64,000 nt of DNA, from assembly GCA_030704615.1 (NCBI GenBank), contig CM060731.1, positions 73,098,001 through 73,162,000 on the forward strand. The letters run 5' to 3'. Below the pieces are notes generated by a model. That model was given only the letters and a program-made list of their open reading frames with translations. It searched no databases and was not told where the DNA came from. Of this stretch, positions 1-13,577 are shown one piece after another. Source of the DNA: Takakia lepidozioides. Taxonomy: Eukaryota; Plantae; Bryophyta. The position numbers were made by a program, and so were the translations under genes. Each line of letters begins with the position of its first letter. The first letter of the stretch is position 1.

Positions 1-369
1 CTTTCATCCAGTGCATACAAGAATCACTCAAATCTCTAACATGGGTTAAGAAATGGGTTTCAAACACTCAAAGGTAGGTGGGGTACCCTTCTCCCAGGTC
101 TTGTTGTTTTTGTACCTCAAAATCACTTGTGCTACATATTCCATGAACTTTCTCAAGAGGGGTGCACAGCACTGAAATCCTCAGCATCTCCCACTCTCAA
201 GGTATTCAGCCCTAAGTTAATGAGGATTATATCTACAGCTTCTGAGATGAGAGTGGAGGGAGGCAAGTGGTTGCAATTATTGGCCTCCCTGGCCTAAGTC
301 TTCATCTCACAAGAATTTGATCTGTGTGGGTGTCTTGGACTGAGAGCTCTGCTATCTGGGGGGCTGTAG

Positions 370-1222
370 GCGCTAGCACAGAATTGCAGTGGGCTACAGT
401 CGCTGAATGTCGGATGGTGTGAAGACATTACGGACATGGGTGTTACTGCTCTGGCGCTCGGGTGCCCAGACTTGTGTGTCATCGACCTCTGTGGCTGCAT
501 CCTAATCACAGGCCTGTCTCTCTATGCTCAGATTCCAGGACTTGAGATGACTGATAGAAAGCGAGGAAACAGATGGGTGAAGGGACAGAGGAGTGGGAAA
601 GAGTGAGAGCTTAATGGAGTCCATTAATGGGAGTCCATTGATTTTTGCAGACAGGAGCGTGATTGTGCTGGCCAACACTTGCCAACGGCTGCGGGGCCTG
701 GGCCTCCACTGCTGCCGCAACATTACTGACCTGGCTATGTACTCCCTTGCCAAGAGCAGTAGGTTCCACAACAAGGTGCAAAACTGTTTCAAGCATGAGG
801 GCAGTCACAGCAACAACAATGTGGCAAGGGACCATCACTCGGGCAATGCAGGGCACTTCATATCTTCTTGCAGCACTTTCAGTCGCAGCAGCACGGATAG
901 TTGTAGCAGCAGCAATGGAAGTTATCTTCCTGCCTTCTCAAAGGGGGCATTTGAAGTCCTCCAGGGGGACCCAAAGGGCTATGGCCTGGTATCGCTAAAT
1001 CTTAGTGGGTGTACAGCCTTGTCGGCCCTGGCTGTTCAGGCAGTGTGCGATGCATTTCCAGAGTTGCACACTTGTCCTGAGCGGCCCTCATTAGTTATAA
1101 GTGGGTGCCTTAATCTCACCTCGGTGCACTGCATTTGTGTGGTTGAGGCCCGTCGTGATCGGGCAAGTCGTGCTGCTTTTAAGGCCATGCAGTCATTTAA
1201 CCCCAAAAATCGCCCGTTGTGA
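370..1222 (+). CDS. SKP2: F-box/LRR protein SKP2A/B-like, last two exons (370-511, 651-1222); 5' part outside window
   Basis: Cys-containing LRRs (LQSLNVGWCEDITDMGVTALALGCPDLCVIDLCGCILIT / DRSVIVLANTCQRLRGLGLHCCRNITDLAMYSLA) and the SKP2-type C-terminus LSGCTALSALAVQAVCDAFPELHTCPERPSLVISGCLNLTSVHC. Confidence 0.85.
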
Positions 1223-2122
1223 AGTGCCTTTGCTCTCCCTCTCTTTCTCCTCTGTCTCTCTACCTTTCCCCCTCCTAGTTGAGTTGCACAGACTCCTGCT
1301 CTCTCCATTGCTTTCTGTCTCCGTTGTCCTCTTGTCAGATAAACATCTTCTGTATCTTAACATGTGCATTCATAAGGTCCTACACCAAGGAGCTGCTTCA
1401 AGAACCAGTTGCTTTCAGCTCAGAAACTCTTTTCAGCAATACGAAATATCAAGATGGAAGACTTGTGGGATGGGGGGTCAGTTAAGGTGTGTTGGACAGT
1501 CTGGTAGTTTTATAATCTACATCGACTTCCCATCATACCTCCCTTAATGTTCAGATCTTGTGTTGTCTGAAATCTTTCACCATTCAGGAACATCCTACAA
1601 GTGCTGTCTATTGCTGAGTTATGTATCCAAAATTTCCTCGTTCCTTTCTGCCTGTATCCTTCTCTGTATTGCCATGGCTTGCTCCTCACTCTTGTTTTGT
1701 GCTTTGAAGCGACCAGCTCCTCTTCTCCCCTCTCTCTCACTTGCCATCTCTTCTCCACACTATCTACACCCATGCCCACACAGCTACTGCAAGCAAGGTC
1801 AATTGAGAAAACAGAGTCACTAACTTATAACAGAGCAGAGGCCCAGGAGCCAGGGATTGCAAACTCCATCCCAACACACCCACTATTTCATCCGTGGAAC
1901 ACACGTCATCCACCCATGGACGAGAAGACGTACATCATCCATCTATTTTATTGTTCAATCCCGCGATTATCATCTATTTTGTTGTCATAATTCATCCACA
2001 TCACAACCACCGAACCCATCATCCGTCAGAGGTTGCCCTAATTCATCCAAGGGCAGAGTTGAGCAAAGGTGGTGTGAAGGAGAGGGTGGAGTTGTGAGGG
2101 TGGAGCTTGGTGGGCGAGAGCG

Positions 2123-2455
2123 ATGGCGGACGAAGGGCCGGAGGCGGGGAGGCCCCTGGACTCCAAGGACTTGCAGCAGCAGAGCAAGGCGCTGGACTCG
2201 TTGACGGATCATGTGGAAGATCGACAGCTGGACTCTACGCGCGTGCAGCAGGCTATGGCCTCCATCGCTGCAACGGCGGACGCGGATCGCAATGCTCAGC
2301 GGTTGAGGGAGAAGGAGCTAGCTGCGGTGAAGATCAACCCAGAAGATGTAGACGTGATTGCCAATGAACTGGAGCTGGACAGGAAAGTGGCAGAGAGAAC
2401 GCTGAGGGAGCATAAGGGAAATGCGATCGCTGCCATTCGTTCCTTCCTTCAATGA
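2123..2455 (+). CDS. HYPK: Huntingtin-interacting protein K (HYPK)-like UBA protein, single exon
   Basis: 110-aa ORF: QQQSKALDSLTDHVEDRQLDSTRVQQAM...REKELAAVKINPEDVDVIANELELDRKVAERTLREHKGNAIAAIRS. Confidence 0.9.
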   Translation: MADEGPEAGRPLDSKDLQQQSKALDSLTDHVEDRQLDSTRVQQAMASIAATADADRNAQRLREKELAAVKINPEDVDVIANELELDRKVAERTLREHKGNAIAAIRSFLQ

Positions 2456-3933
2456 CTCCTTCGTTGCGGGCCTTGTTTCATGCAATCCCTCACTTTTGGT
2501 GGGAAACCGGCTCATTTGTTTGGACCTAATTACTGTGCAGGAATGTTCAATTAATCGGTGATGAAAGATTGGAACACTTTTTGGGGTACAATCCTTGATG
2601 CATGAGGCCGCAGCAACCCGTAGTGTTTTCTCAAGTTTCAGTCTATTCCAGACTATATGACACTACCTGCAAGCATCACATGGTACCAGCGAAATCTTTT
2701 GGCAGTGAGCCCTGCTATGGGTCAATAGACCGTGGTGCATACTGCATACCAGGTCTGTTCTTAAGAAATGGCCTGCCTAAAGATCAAAGAGGCTACTTTG
2801 TATAGGATTTTTCCCTTGTAATCTCATCTTTGAGAAACTTTGAAACATGGAAAGGAGCAGTGTCCAAATTCGGCACTTGTCCTCTTTGCAATTGACGAAT
2901 CATCAGCATCTTTTAAGTTTTACTGTGTGTTCTCCTATCAATGTCCGCAAGGAAGGATGAGTTAGCTGATTCCTTCGTGTTTCAGTTCAATGGAGAGGTG
3001 AAGCGGGACACTGTTTTGTTTACATTTGGTTGTTGGAAGTGGACAGCACTCGTATATTTAATTCCTGGTCAGATGGTGAGTTTGTTTATGCTGCTTTACG
3101 CTTGATGCCCTCCCAATGTGGGTGGGCCCATCATTGCATTTGAAGTCTTATGCCATGAGCACGCAGCTGAATTGCACAGGATACATCTCTGCACGCTGAA
3201 CATAACGGTTGCCTGTCGAAGAGCCGAAGATCGGTTTTCGAAAGAAGGTCCTATATCCTGTATTCATAAGATCAATCGCTTGTTCAGAGCCATACATTCA
3301 CCATTTTGTTTTGTTTTGTTTTGGGGAGCACCAGTTTGCATGGTAATCCTCCTCACGAAATTGCGAGAGTAGCACTGAAAACTGATCACCAGACAGAAAG
3401 AATCATCATAAGATAATTCTGCTTAGATGCTTAATGCTTAATGCTTAGTTAATTCTGGAGTGCCAAGAGATACGGGAGGAAGCATTAACGACACAGTGCA
3501 GACCCAAACGAATGCGGTGACACACACACTCTGTCGAAGTGGATGGGAAAGCGGCAGAGCGTTTGAACGTGGGGAAGAAGATGATGGAGCTCGCTCCCGC
3601 TCCTGCCACTCTGTCTTCCCGCGCTTCTTTAATCTTCATCTATTCCTCTGTCCCGCCATGGCCTCTCTTCCCTCGTTATTTAAGTATCCCTCTGCTCTGT
3701 GCTACAGCTTGTTGTATCCTCGGGAGTGCTTACCCCTTGGTTCGTGTGCATTGTTCACGTGTTCATTGGTACTTCGTGCCCACCATCGATCCTCACCTTC
3801 CTCAGTCTACTTACAGTCTCCGCATTTGCCAAAGTGGGCTGTCGGATTGTCGCCCGTGTTCTCTCCTCCTCTTCCCCTGTCACGCGGACCCACAAGTAGA
3901 CAGACACTTTTTTCTGTTAGTAAGCAAACTTCG

Positions 3934-6900
3934 ATGGATATGAAGACATTGCAAATTAAGCTGGGAGTGTCGGATGGCGTTAAAGTTGTCCGCAAGGCCC
4001 AAGAGATCCTGCGCCTGAGCAATATGCACTTCAATTCGTCGTCTTTTGGTGTGGTAAGTGTCTCTTCCAGTTCTCTCTCCGATCCCGTTCTCGATCTGCC
4101 CTCTTGTTCGACATCTGGATTGACCCTTGTTTCCTATCCATCTCCAATGGCAGTTGTTGGGGAAGAAGAAATGACAGATCAAAATTAGCTTTCATTGAGT
4201 ACAAGTCCTGTGAATTCAGTGGTTTGGCTAAAATTTAACATGTTGGTCCCTTCTTGCAAGGATAGTTTTTGAGTTCTGTGATCAGGTGTCCTGACTGTTG
4301 TCTGAGCTGTCCAAAAATTATGTCAAATATTTCTGCTGCACCCAAGATTTGTGTCATTGGACTAACATTATATTTCACGTACGGACGACATTGAAATAAC
4401 TGATAGTAATTTTCCGAGGGCATTATAATGGCAGGATCGTGCACTCCACTAGCAAACACATCATGCTGAAGAGGTTGTTTTTTTATTGTGTCTTGCAGGG
4501 TGAAGTTTGCAAGTCAGTACTCTGCTTTGAAGTCTCCTGTGCAGAGTATGCTCCTGACTATTCTGTTCAACTCGAACATTGCTTCTTTGCCAATCTTATC
4601 TTAGAGTTTCTTTCCAGACAGGTCAAATTCGGAAGTATAGCCCAACTACTCTCAATACAAGCAACCTAGTGGCATTTGCATCAGCATATAGTAGCATTCT
4701 CAAAAAAGAGGAGTACTTGGGGTCTAGGTTGGGCAATATCTTGATCTTGATGCTGGCTGAGTCAGGGGTTTCTTAATCATGATGTGATGTTGGAAATGGC
4801 AGGTTACAAGTCCCTTTTGATCGTCAAAAGGGGGTTCGTGTCAGTGGAATGTCTGAGAAAGCTTATGTCAGATCCTTGACTGCCATGCAAAATGTGCTGG
4901 GGCTTAGGTATGATCTCCTTGCTGTTGAGATGAGAGTAGAGGTTTTGTTAGGACACAAGGGAAAGACATGCTCACAATGTAGTTACTACAAGTTTGTTTC
5001 AAGATTGTAATGGGTGTATTAAGCCCCAGTAAATGACAGCAAGGACACTAAGCTTTCAATTGGAGGCTTCTGGAAACTCAATGAAGTATTTCACTGTGGG
5101 TGTGCAGGCCGAAAATAGATGTGAGGGAGCTGGCCGTGCAATTTGGATGCGTCCGGCTGATAAATGTTGTCAACAGAACCTTGACAATGTAAGTTCGTCT
5201 GTCCACAGAACAAATTTTCCCATGTTGAGCCTTGACCATTTACTATTGTGGATCTTAGAAGCTATCCCCCAAAGAAGAATTGGGGAAGGCATAGTCATTG
5301 AAGATGTTCTGATGCGCATCCATAGGTTCATCACCCGAGACATCAATATCCATCTTTGACTAGCTTCCATCGCTGGAAACAGGTACAAGCAACGGTTTGT
5401 AGCAGCGCTGCCAGAATCACGGCGAACTAGTGCAGACTTCAGCCGCCCAGTGTTTACAGCTGCTGCTTTTTATCTGTGTGCTAGGAAAAACAAGGTCTGA
5501 TCTTTTACCAGCCTCACCTCTTCTTTGTCAGGAATACAATTTCACCATTCAATTCTGCCTAGTTGTTAGCTGCCACTGATGGTGACTGCATGTGAACCAG
5601 ATACAACTTCCCATGTCCAGTTTCTCTTCTGTTCTGTTTTCTCCCATGAGCTCAAAAGCTTCCCCTGGACATCATGAAGTTCCGTTCCTTTCCTTTCCTG
5701 TCCTTTCACTCCTTGTTTCCGAGTGCAGAGTAGTCAGTTGAAAATGACATCATACATTCGAGTATGGATGTTTCTAACAAGGATTGTGGGTGCAGTTAAA
5801 GGTGGACAAGCTGAAGCTATTGGAGATATGTGGCACATCTGATTCTGAATTTGGAAATGTAGGCCATTGAATTTCTCTCCTTTCCCATATATGCCACCTA
5901 CATATTTTTCTAATGTGGCTGCTACTATCAGTTTTTGCTTTGCTTACTGACACTGGGTCCAATGTACTTGAGGAATCTAAATCACATTGATTTTAATTTT
6001 AGTTGTGGTGTGTGTTTATGCTTGCATGTTGTGGTGGCTTCTCCCTCACTGGGATTTTTCTGGCAGATAGCAACGTCAATGGTTGATCTGTGCTTTGACA
6101 TCGTTGGGATTGAGAAGGAAAAAAGGGATCCCAAACCAATCAAAGGAAAACGAGGTATACCTTGATTCTCAAAGCTTTTTTCACCCAAGTGGGTGCTTTA
6201 TCTATTTTTGTATTGCTCGATGTAACATCTTAAAATTAAAAGATGGTCTGAAGTGAAAACTTCTTGTAACCATGTTTTGTTTGTGAGATGGATTATCTTG
6301 CCCAGGGTTGGCAGAGATCTCAGTAGAAGGCTGTACCACCCACATAGTACAGTTGTATGTGTCATGGTTTTTGGGGATTGCTTTAATTACCTTGGTTTTC
6401 TACATTAGACGACCTCCTACGCATGTGGCATTTTCATCTACAGTACACTTACTATTGAGGTGGGCTGGCCAGAGCTGCTAGATGTGATTCCGGGCAAGAG
6501 AAGATGTGATGATGTTGACACCTCTGACAGTGATGATGACGATGGGTTCGAGGTCAGTTTTGTCTTGCCTACCAGCAAGTATGTCCTAGAATTAGGATAT
6601 GGATGTATGAGCACACAGATAGCTGTACATGAATAGAAGAGTAGATTCATGACAAGACAGGCATTGCTTATTTGTAGTGTGACCTTTTCTGTCAATCAGC
6701 TTGTTCTCCCTGAAGTCTGGATTATCACTGCTGATCTGCAAGCAGGTTCCTGGCCTCAAGAGATCACAGAAGGCAAGTAGCAATAAAGCCTACAACGAAT
6801 GGAAGGCCTCATTCATTTCTGCTCGGAAGACATTAAAGATGGCAACTTCAGGTTATTTACTGTCCTTCCCTCTTTGCAGAGTCTAGATCTTGTGTCAAGC

Positions 6901-7357
6901 CTTCTCAATCAGGCAAGAGTGCGTGCGATCACGTTTCTCTTGATACTGGCATTGAATAGACCCAATTGCACATTTTGGCATTGCCCTGGAAGAGTACCAG
7001 TGATGCCCTAGATGTCTGTTAGCGAAGCTTATGAAGCTTATGGAGATCACAATTATGTGAAGAAAGTGAAGGATTTTATTCATGCTTTGCCTTTGAGAGA
7101 TACTCTAACTGATCCACCAGTTGATACCCAATCTCATCAACATTCACCTGTGGTACCGAACTAAGATCTCAGAACTGATGTTTGAGGCTGATTCTGAGCC
7201 CGGTTAAGATCTAACATTACAGTTCTCGAAGCCTCATGTTGTCTACTAACTACTGATTTGATTGTGAGCGTGCAGATGGTGTAAACCAGTTAAACAAGCA
7301 ACTTTGTGTTTTGAGAAAGTGAATTCTGCTCCAACAATATCTTCACAGGCCTCTTGA
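3934..7357 (+). CDS. ORC6: Origin recognition complex subunit 6, about 10 exons (approx. 3934-4053, 4499-4545, 4803-4907, 5109-5187, 5383-5494, 5796-5859, 6067-6154, 6472-6553, 6746-6851, 7276-7357)
   Basis: GT-AG exon chain giving VRKAQEILRL..FGV/GEVCKSVLCFE/PFDRQKGVRVSGMSEKAYVRS/DVRELAVQFGCVRL/YKQRFVAALPESRRTSADFSRPVFTAAAFYLCA/LKVDKLKL/SMVDLCFD/YNEWK. Confidence 0.9.
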
Positions 7358-10300
7358 GTTCTGCATTTCATTCTATGGAGCAGTGATTTCTTCTCTCTGC
7401 TGCCTCTCGCTGCACCCTCAAATTGGATGAGGTAACTGTCTGAGCACATCCACTGGGGCTCCACACATAGAGCCCTTTACCTAGAGTAGTATAAATGAAA
7501 CTGCAAGTGGTTTGTGAAATAGAAGCTTCAGGACCCCACAAGAACATCTGGCAGTTGTTGCCTTGTCAAAATCATAAATCCCTACATGGGTGGGGAGGCC
7601 AAATTGTGTAACAGGCTTCCCATTCAGTGCTAACTAGGTAGTCTTACGTCAAGTGAATGATTCTTCCCTTCTGGGTTGTACTTAAGTCAAAATTGTCAAA
7701 TAAATTCTTCCACATTCTGAGCTACGGTCTGTTGCTATGACCCTCTGGCAGAAATGTTGTAAGTTTGTACTATTCAGCTGAAGTCGTCAGGCTTTGATTT
7801 GAACTTTGAGGACTGATGGGCAGAACTTGGTGTAGGGTTATCTTGATCTTTGTTATGTCTGACATACAATCCAAAGTGGAAACATCTTTCTGCGGTGATG
7901 TAAAAGTGGTGTTGGTTGAACACCAGTCTTACTTTCAAGAAATAGAGTTGATCATCATAGGTATCTTAGTATTAGGCATGCAATTCAACTGACCGGTGCG
8001 CCAAACTTCCGTACAACTACCACATTACCTGTTCTAGAGCAGGCCATATCTCTTTGATTGCGGAAATCTGAATATTTAAGTGAGGTTCAAGTTGCAATCC
8101 CACATATCAGATGTGCACTCCAAGGTAGGTCTAATAATGTTGCAAAGCATGGTCCTTTCAACGCCTGTATCAATCCCTCTACAGTGGACAAAATTGAGTG
8201 AGACCCAACAGTTTGCATTTAGCTGTTTGAACCACCTGTTGTATATGCACATACCAGTTACAACTGGAGAAAAACTCAACACCAAGATATGTGCAGGAGG
8301 TGAGCATAGGGGTCTCTACACTGCCTCATGTCCATTTGTTGTCACAATGAAATGAAATGAAATGAAATCGTGCTTTATAACGTCCACGGAAAGCTCATAG
8401 AGCTTATGGGACAAAATGGAAGAAAACATGAGGAAACAAAACCAAAGCCAAGAATAAGAACTATTGTTCAAGTGATTGTCTAAGGGTGAAGCATTTCTGA
8501 TCCTCATAATGGAAGACTTCAGTGAGAGATCGGGCTCCACGGAATAAACAGTGGAATCTCCACGGATCTCTTAGTATAGAGGGCAATAGAAGAAGTGTTC
8601 TTCAGTTTCAATTTCCCGGCTGGGCCCTACGCAAGCTGGACAATGAAAGCCTAGTTTCATGGATTTAGAAACAATGATGGTTAAGAGACCTAATGAAGGA
8701 CAACAAAGACTTCCACAGAGACTTTTCAGGCACTCATCAACTACACCCCTGGTTGGTGAATAAATGTGACGTGATTCCAGGTACTATGGTGCTTGAAGTT
8801 ACTTGTATCCTTGACACCTTTGTCCCTCTCTCCTCTCCTAAATGGCTATGCTCTATATATGCACCCTAAGCAAGAAGTGATAGGCCTAGAGAATCAAGCG
8901 GCAGATTGGTCAGTGTATGACAAGCACCTGAAGGAAATGGAAGCGCCTTGCCCCAATTAATCAAATTTGTACAGATAAAACTCGTGCATTCAAAAGTACC
9001 AACAGAAAAGCGCAAGTACAACTGCCAATGTCCAGTGTAACAAGTCCAGAAGATCACCTTCTGTGATAGGCCCTGAGACCTCTAAGAATTATCAATGAAA
9101 CACACCTCCTTCAAAACAAAACCAAAGCACCATATGGACGAATGTACACCATATGACGCACACCCAGTCTGTGCTGCGGTTCCTGTACGATACACCACAG
9201 ATAGGTCCACGCACCTAGAAATCCAACCACTGAGTGGATGTGTAGTGATCACGTCACATAGGAGAATTAGTCTCGACAAGCATGTAAGAAATTGGAGCAG
9301 CAATCAACCGGGAAAAAAAAGCTATATGCCGTACAGAAACCTTGAAAACATCATGATAGATCATGTTCTTCCATTCGTCACTGGTCCTTGAGAGAGCACA
9401 GCAGATTGATTGCTGTAGCTTGCGATCCACCCCATTTCAGACGGAACCGAAGCATTCCTCGCCGCAAATGTGAAACAGAGTCTCTCCCGTTTCATCCGAG
9501 AATGCAACTTAGGACTACAATTTCCAAAGCATGCCCACAAGCACACCCGGGACCTGCCTCGACTCAGTAGATCATGTTAATTTTAGCAAACATGGTCTTT
9601 CTTATTTAGTACCTGAACGCACTTGAAACTACCGAGCATGCCAATAAGCCACACCCTGCCTCCAGTCATTGAGTGGGAGTGACGATGATGTGCTAAGAAA
9701 GGGCAGAGCACCAAGACAGATGCCACTCGAATGTAATATCGCCCACCTGTAGACATATTGCGGTAGACTGCGATCCACCATTCCAGGATCACACCGGTCT
9801 CGGTCGCACATGAAAAAATTCTATCTCTCCTTTCCTTCCAGAATTTTCCTAAATGTGTAAAAATCCCCAAGCATGAGCAATCCCTTTAAGCACCCCAGGA
9901 ACCTACCTTGAGTCATTGGAGCAACTCAGCAGACTCCGAGGCGTCCCGGCCTTCATTCTCCTCCTTCGTTTTGGAATTGAGCAAGCACACACAAGAGGAT
10001 ATGATCCAGATGAAGTGCCAGAAGGACTTCATCACCTCTGCCTTAATCTTCCCGCGTCTTGGGCCCTGCATTCGCCGGCCTTCCTCCCTCACAATCTCAT
10101 ACCTCCTCACTTCCTTCCTGCCCCCCATTTCTCCCATTTTTCCTCGCTTTACTATCTGAAATTGGCAGAACAGAGCAGAGCAGATGGGGATGCAGTAGAG
10201 TGACTGAAAATGGCAGAGCAAATCGAGCAAATCTCAAAGGCTCCAGACAGACAGACAGACTCGGAAAGCGAGGACGAGAGAGACAACAAATTCCGATAGC

Positions 10301-11244
10301 TCTATATTCAAGCAAACAACCTTTCGGACAGGAAAGGGTGACGAACGCCGACAACATGGATGAACTTACTCGTACATCCATTACAGATGCCGACAACCTG
10401 TTCACATCTAGCTCTGTATATATAACAGAAATATTTATTTATTTATTGACTTTGTAAGGTCGAAAGATCCTTCGTATGTTACTTTTGCCCTTCAAATAAT
10501 TCCAAATAAAGTTGCCATCAGGGCCACTACCCCCTTTTACCAAGAGAAAAAATCCAGATGGCTGCACGTGCCTGCCACTCGAGCGATGCCAGTGCATCGA
10601 ACGTGCGGAATGAGGTAGCGTAAGGGCCCCACGAGTCTTGGATGGATGAAAGTTTGGAGCGGTTGACAGTTAGGCGTACGTTTTGAATGTTGCCAGAACA
10701 TTCTCACTGGATGCCACATGTCGCTCTCTCATACGGCAGTCACGTGCAAAAGTGTAGATCAAACATCAAAAGTGGAAGAAATTTTGGTTATAGAATTGGC
10801 CACCCTATTATATTATTATTTTATCATATTATTATATTAAGTAGGATGGTGCGCGTGAGGCTTCCGATTGCGCGCTCGGAAAAAAGAAAAAAGAAAAAAG
10901 AAAACAAACCAGCCTGCCTGGCATTTTTGTTGGCTTTCTTGTAGAGAGAGACTTTGCAAGTCAATGGAGAAAATATGGTCAAAGTAGCTCACACCGTGAC
11001 AAGGCGCTGATTGCTCTGTTGTGCCCTGTCATGCTCCTTCCTCTTCTGTTTTACCAAGGCAAGAGAGCCCATCGCCGTTTTAGGCTTGTTTTGGAAGGGT
11101 ATGCGGAGACACCTAGGAAATTACAAGAGAACCGGGCGTTGGAAGGCGGAAAACGAACATGTTTATGAAACAACTCCGAGGTTGCTAAATACTAATTTTC
11201 TCTTACCAGCTGATTTTCCACACCAAAAGGGGGACATAGGCCCT

Positions 11245-11870
11245 GGCCTGTGATCAAATTCGAAAATTCAAACAAAATTAAATTAAATTAAAAAGAAGCA
11301 AGGAAAAATTGTCCTTGCGGAAAGTCGGGAAGCGCACGTAAAGGCTTAAGACCTAGCTGAGTATGTATTTCTAAGACGTTTTGTGGTGGAATAGCGTCCG
11401 CCAGGCTGCTGGCAGCATGGACCTTCAACTATTTGTTCAATTTTATTTATTTTTAATTAAAAAGGGAAATAGCTCTTGGTGATCAAATTCAGAAGAGGCA
11501 AGAAAAAATTATCATTGCGTGAAGCGCACGTAAAGATTTAGCCGATTTTCCATCGTATTTTAATGATGCATATATGGCGGATGCGTGGACCTTCTACCTT
11601 CTCAGACGAGTCGGTGCCTGGCCATCTTTTTGTTTTTTATTTTTCATTTAAAAAGAAAAAGATATACGCCCTGATGATCACTGAAATTCAGGAAAAATAG
11701 CCTGAATTGTGGACTGCCAGGTCGCTCCCAGGTTTCCTTTTGTAGTAAAAATAAATAAGTAAATGAATAATAATAACCAATTCAGAAGAGGCATGGAAAA
11801 ACTATCCTTGTATATATGTAGTTCGCGTAGGCCTTACGACGGTAAAGAGTAAAGACCTAGCCAATGTTTT
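11245..11870. repeat. Degenerate direct repeats (about 3 copies, ~200-300 bp apart) in AT-rich intergenic DNA
   Basis: Recurring tgatcaaattc / agaagaggcaagaaaaaattatc / gaagcgcacgtaaag / agacctagc blocks near 11251, 11480 and 11780. Confidence 0.5.
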
Positions 11871-12599
11871 CATTTTCTATTTAGTAGGACATTTATGTGG
11901 CAGAATATTGAAATGGAAAAAGTTAAAACGTTAAAACCCTCATGTGACTAATGCCATGAGATATGATATCAAAAGAAAATATTTAATATTTAAATAATAA
12001 ATTTTATATCACAATATTATAAATCACCAATGAGGATCACTCAAATATTATATTTGAGTTTATGGGGGGTTCATTAGGAGAAATGTTTTTTAATTGCTGG
12101 ATAAACTCATTTAGAATTTCTTTTCTTCCTGGATAAACTCATTTTCAAATTTTGCACCCGAACCTGTTCAAAAAATAATATCAACGAAAGGGATGTCCGA
12201 AAGAAGGTGGCTATTGCATGTACTCTAAAAGTGGGAGGTTGTCGTATGCGGGCCCCACATGGCTTGGTGGCAAAGGGACCATGTTACGAGCATCGGAGAG
12301 AGTCGGCGAAGTTTCTAGATTTTGGAAGCACGCCAAGCTGGCAATTGGGCAATTCATTGTTGGTAGTGGAGAATGTAGAATACCTATATTGACTCAAGTG
12401 AATACAAACACAACACAAATCTTAAGGGAGTGGTCGCATAATCTAATTGGTCCCTGGATGGATAAGAGATAAACACTAAGATCCTATAAACATGCTCTGG
12501 TCAGTGACCATAATTTGTGTGCTTATCTAAAACTAAAGAGACCTGTAGCTATCCCATTACCGAGGGTAGTAACTACACCAACATAGAAGTGAGCCATTG

Positions 12600-13095
12600 C
12601 AAAGAGAAGAGAGGATTGGAAGATAAGTACAATTTGTGGAAGCCTGGGAGAGGCTTTGGCGATAGTTGATTGATAGGCATGTGCATACATAATATGCGGC
12701 ATGTCATACATACACAAGATGCGCAAGGGCGGTTGGACACATCCAAGCTGGATAGTCTTCACAGTATTGTCTGCAACCAAGAGGGGATTGTAATGGGGGG
12801 TTATTGCTCTCCTGCTATTAATTAATATATCTATGGTTTGTGTTTATGTTTTTTGTGGGGCCTTGCGTAGCCCCCTACTTATTAACTTAGTAAGTAATAA
12901 CTTAGTAAGTAGTAGGAGGGGGCCTTTATATACCCTCTCACGAGGGTGGGACCCTTCTAGAAGGCTGCCATGGGACACATGTCACCCCTAGAAATTATTA
13001 CCACGTCACACCTTCTTACCCCAATTTGGCGCCTGAACCATCCCCAATTTAATAGTTGTTGTCTTCCTGCCTTCTTTTTTCTTACCCCCCTTACA
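12600..13095 (+). mobile_element. Old LTR-retrotransposon 3' remnant (PPT plus ~307-bp LTR 12789-13095)
   Basis: Purine tract aagaggggat immediately followed by tgtaatgggggg...ccccccttaca (TG...CA with short terminal inverted repeat). Confidence 0.4.
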
Positions 13096-13577
13096 TTACG
13101 GTTATTAATCTTATAATAACCCCCGCTTTTTAATTCCTGGACCACCCTCTAATGGACAGGCCCCATGCAAACCTTGGGCCCTTATACTATTATACATGAG
13201 AACTACCAAGTTATATGGCAACTTAAAATTTAACTATGTCATATTATCTCTATGTGACACTAAATTTTCTGATTGAAATTACATCTGCAACGCACTTCTT
13301 TATGTTTCATTCTGACGGCAGATGCCTATGGAGCGAGTTTTTGAAAATTGTGAAGTGAATACCTCCAGTCATGGATATGTCATGCAAAGAAATTGTAGAA
13401 CCATGTCCTCACGTGAGCACAAATTTGAAATAGTTTCACAATTTTCTAGTGTGAAAATATTTTTGTTTCGCCATAATATATTCTCTAGATATTCATATTT
13501 CGCACCCTACCCATGAGGTGCTAGGCAGCCTACCATAGCCTGTTATTTAAACAAAGGACCTGAATAGCCCAAAAACA

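Noticed and set aside
3460-4188. 242-aa ORF
   Set aside because: Only 3934-4053 is ORC6 exon 1; the rest is 5' UTR and intron read-through.
8600-10460. Possible minus-strand gene or miRNA hairpin (splice-like sites near 9610 and 9905; weak hairpin 9665-9735)
   Set aside because: No recognisable protein in any frame, and the hairpin is too imperfect to call.
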